DNA of 59,864 bases, the filler included. It is 8 parts of 8 records of this genome, joined end to end, with 100 filler letters (N's around TTAATTAATTAA, not from the genome) between each part and the next. Parts side by side here need not be neighbours in the genome. Positions count along the whole stretch, not along the records: positions 54,619 to 59,864 come from SRR31156797_10814; 7 more parts are not named here. The stretch is one strand, 5' to 3'. Within the stretch, counting starts at the first letter, position 1; every line of letters begins with the position of its first letter. The position numbers and the translations under genes were made by a program. Below the pieces are notes generated by a model that saw only the letters and a list, made by a program, of their open reading frames with translations, had not been told where the DNA came from and searched no databases. This document shows positions 59,803 through 59,864 of the stretch, piece by piece.

Positions 59803-59864
59803 AAAATAAAAATTGTAAGTTTTGAAACTCATTAGAATCCTCTTATTATTAATAATAAGAGGAT

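Noticed and set aside
1-59864. CRISPR arrays, rRNA, reverse transcriptase or retron/DGR elements
   Set aside because: I saw no regularly spaced repeats, rRNA-like sequence or RT motifs; a manual read could miss weak cases.

Overview
The window is not one locus. It is eight unrelated contigs joined by identical 100-bp artificial spacers (N-runs around TTAATTAATTAA), so gene context is only valid within a segment. Taxonomic labels are inferred from gene content and base composition. (1) 1-12297, Desulfobacterota-like: DsrE fragment, sigma54 activator, HD protein and ferredoxin behind a Crp/Fnr-type site, tandem HdrC, non-decarboxylating glutaryl-CoA dehydrogenase with GcdA, an HdrD/GlpC-like protein split by an in-frame UGA with a SECIS-like hairpin, TusA, a secreted TPR protein ending in EGC, Mpl and a tRNA 3' end. 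(2) 12398-21329, FCB-group-like: lepB, tnaA, two secreted proteins with a YPNPFN C-terminal domain, RsmB and a ThiI-like enzyme. (3) 21430-29721, Methanosarcinaceae-like archaeon: cheYBA, trm112, pyrG, truD, pth2. (4) 29822-35093, Desulfobacterota-like: ABC system, MarR-PaaI-flavoprotein operon, integrase tail. (5) 35194-40509, possibly spirochaete: hydrolase, methyltransferase, Cys-rich ECF sigma factor, GGDEF. (6) 40610-48599, Arcobacter-like: selenocysteine formate dehydrogenase, its maturation genes and a divergent sensor system. (7) 48700-54518, tailed-phage head module. (8) 54619-59864, Bacteroidota-like: ABC permease. The best candidate for an undescribed system is segment 7. A ChaB/protease/scaffold/major-capsid polyprotein (with an internal ribosome-binding site and repeated L-x-E-S motifs) and a Thr-rich decoration-like protein are followed directly by methyltransferase, glycosyltransferase-methyltransferase, HldE-type nucleotidyltransferase and another methyltransferase gene. 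This is consistent with a phage-encoded virion glycosylation and glycan methylation pathway that activates its own sugar.
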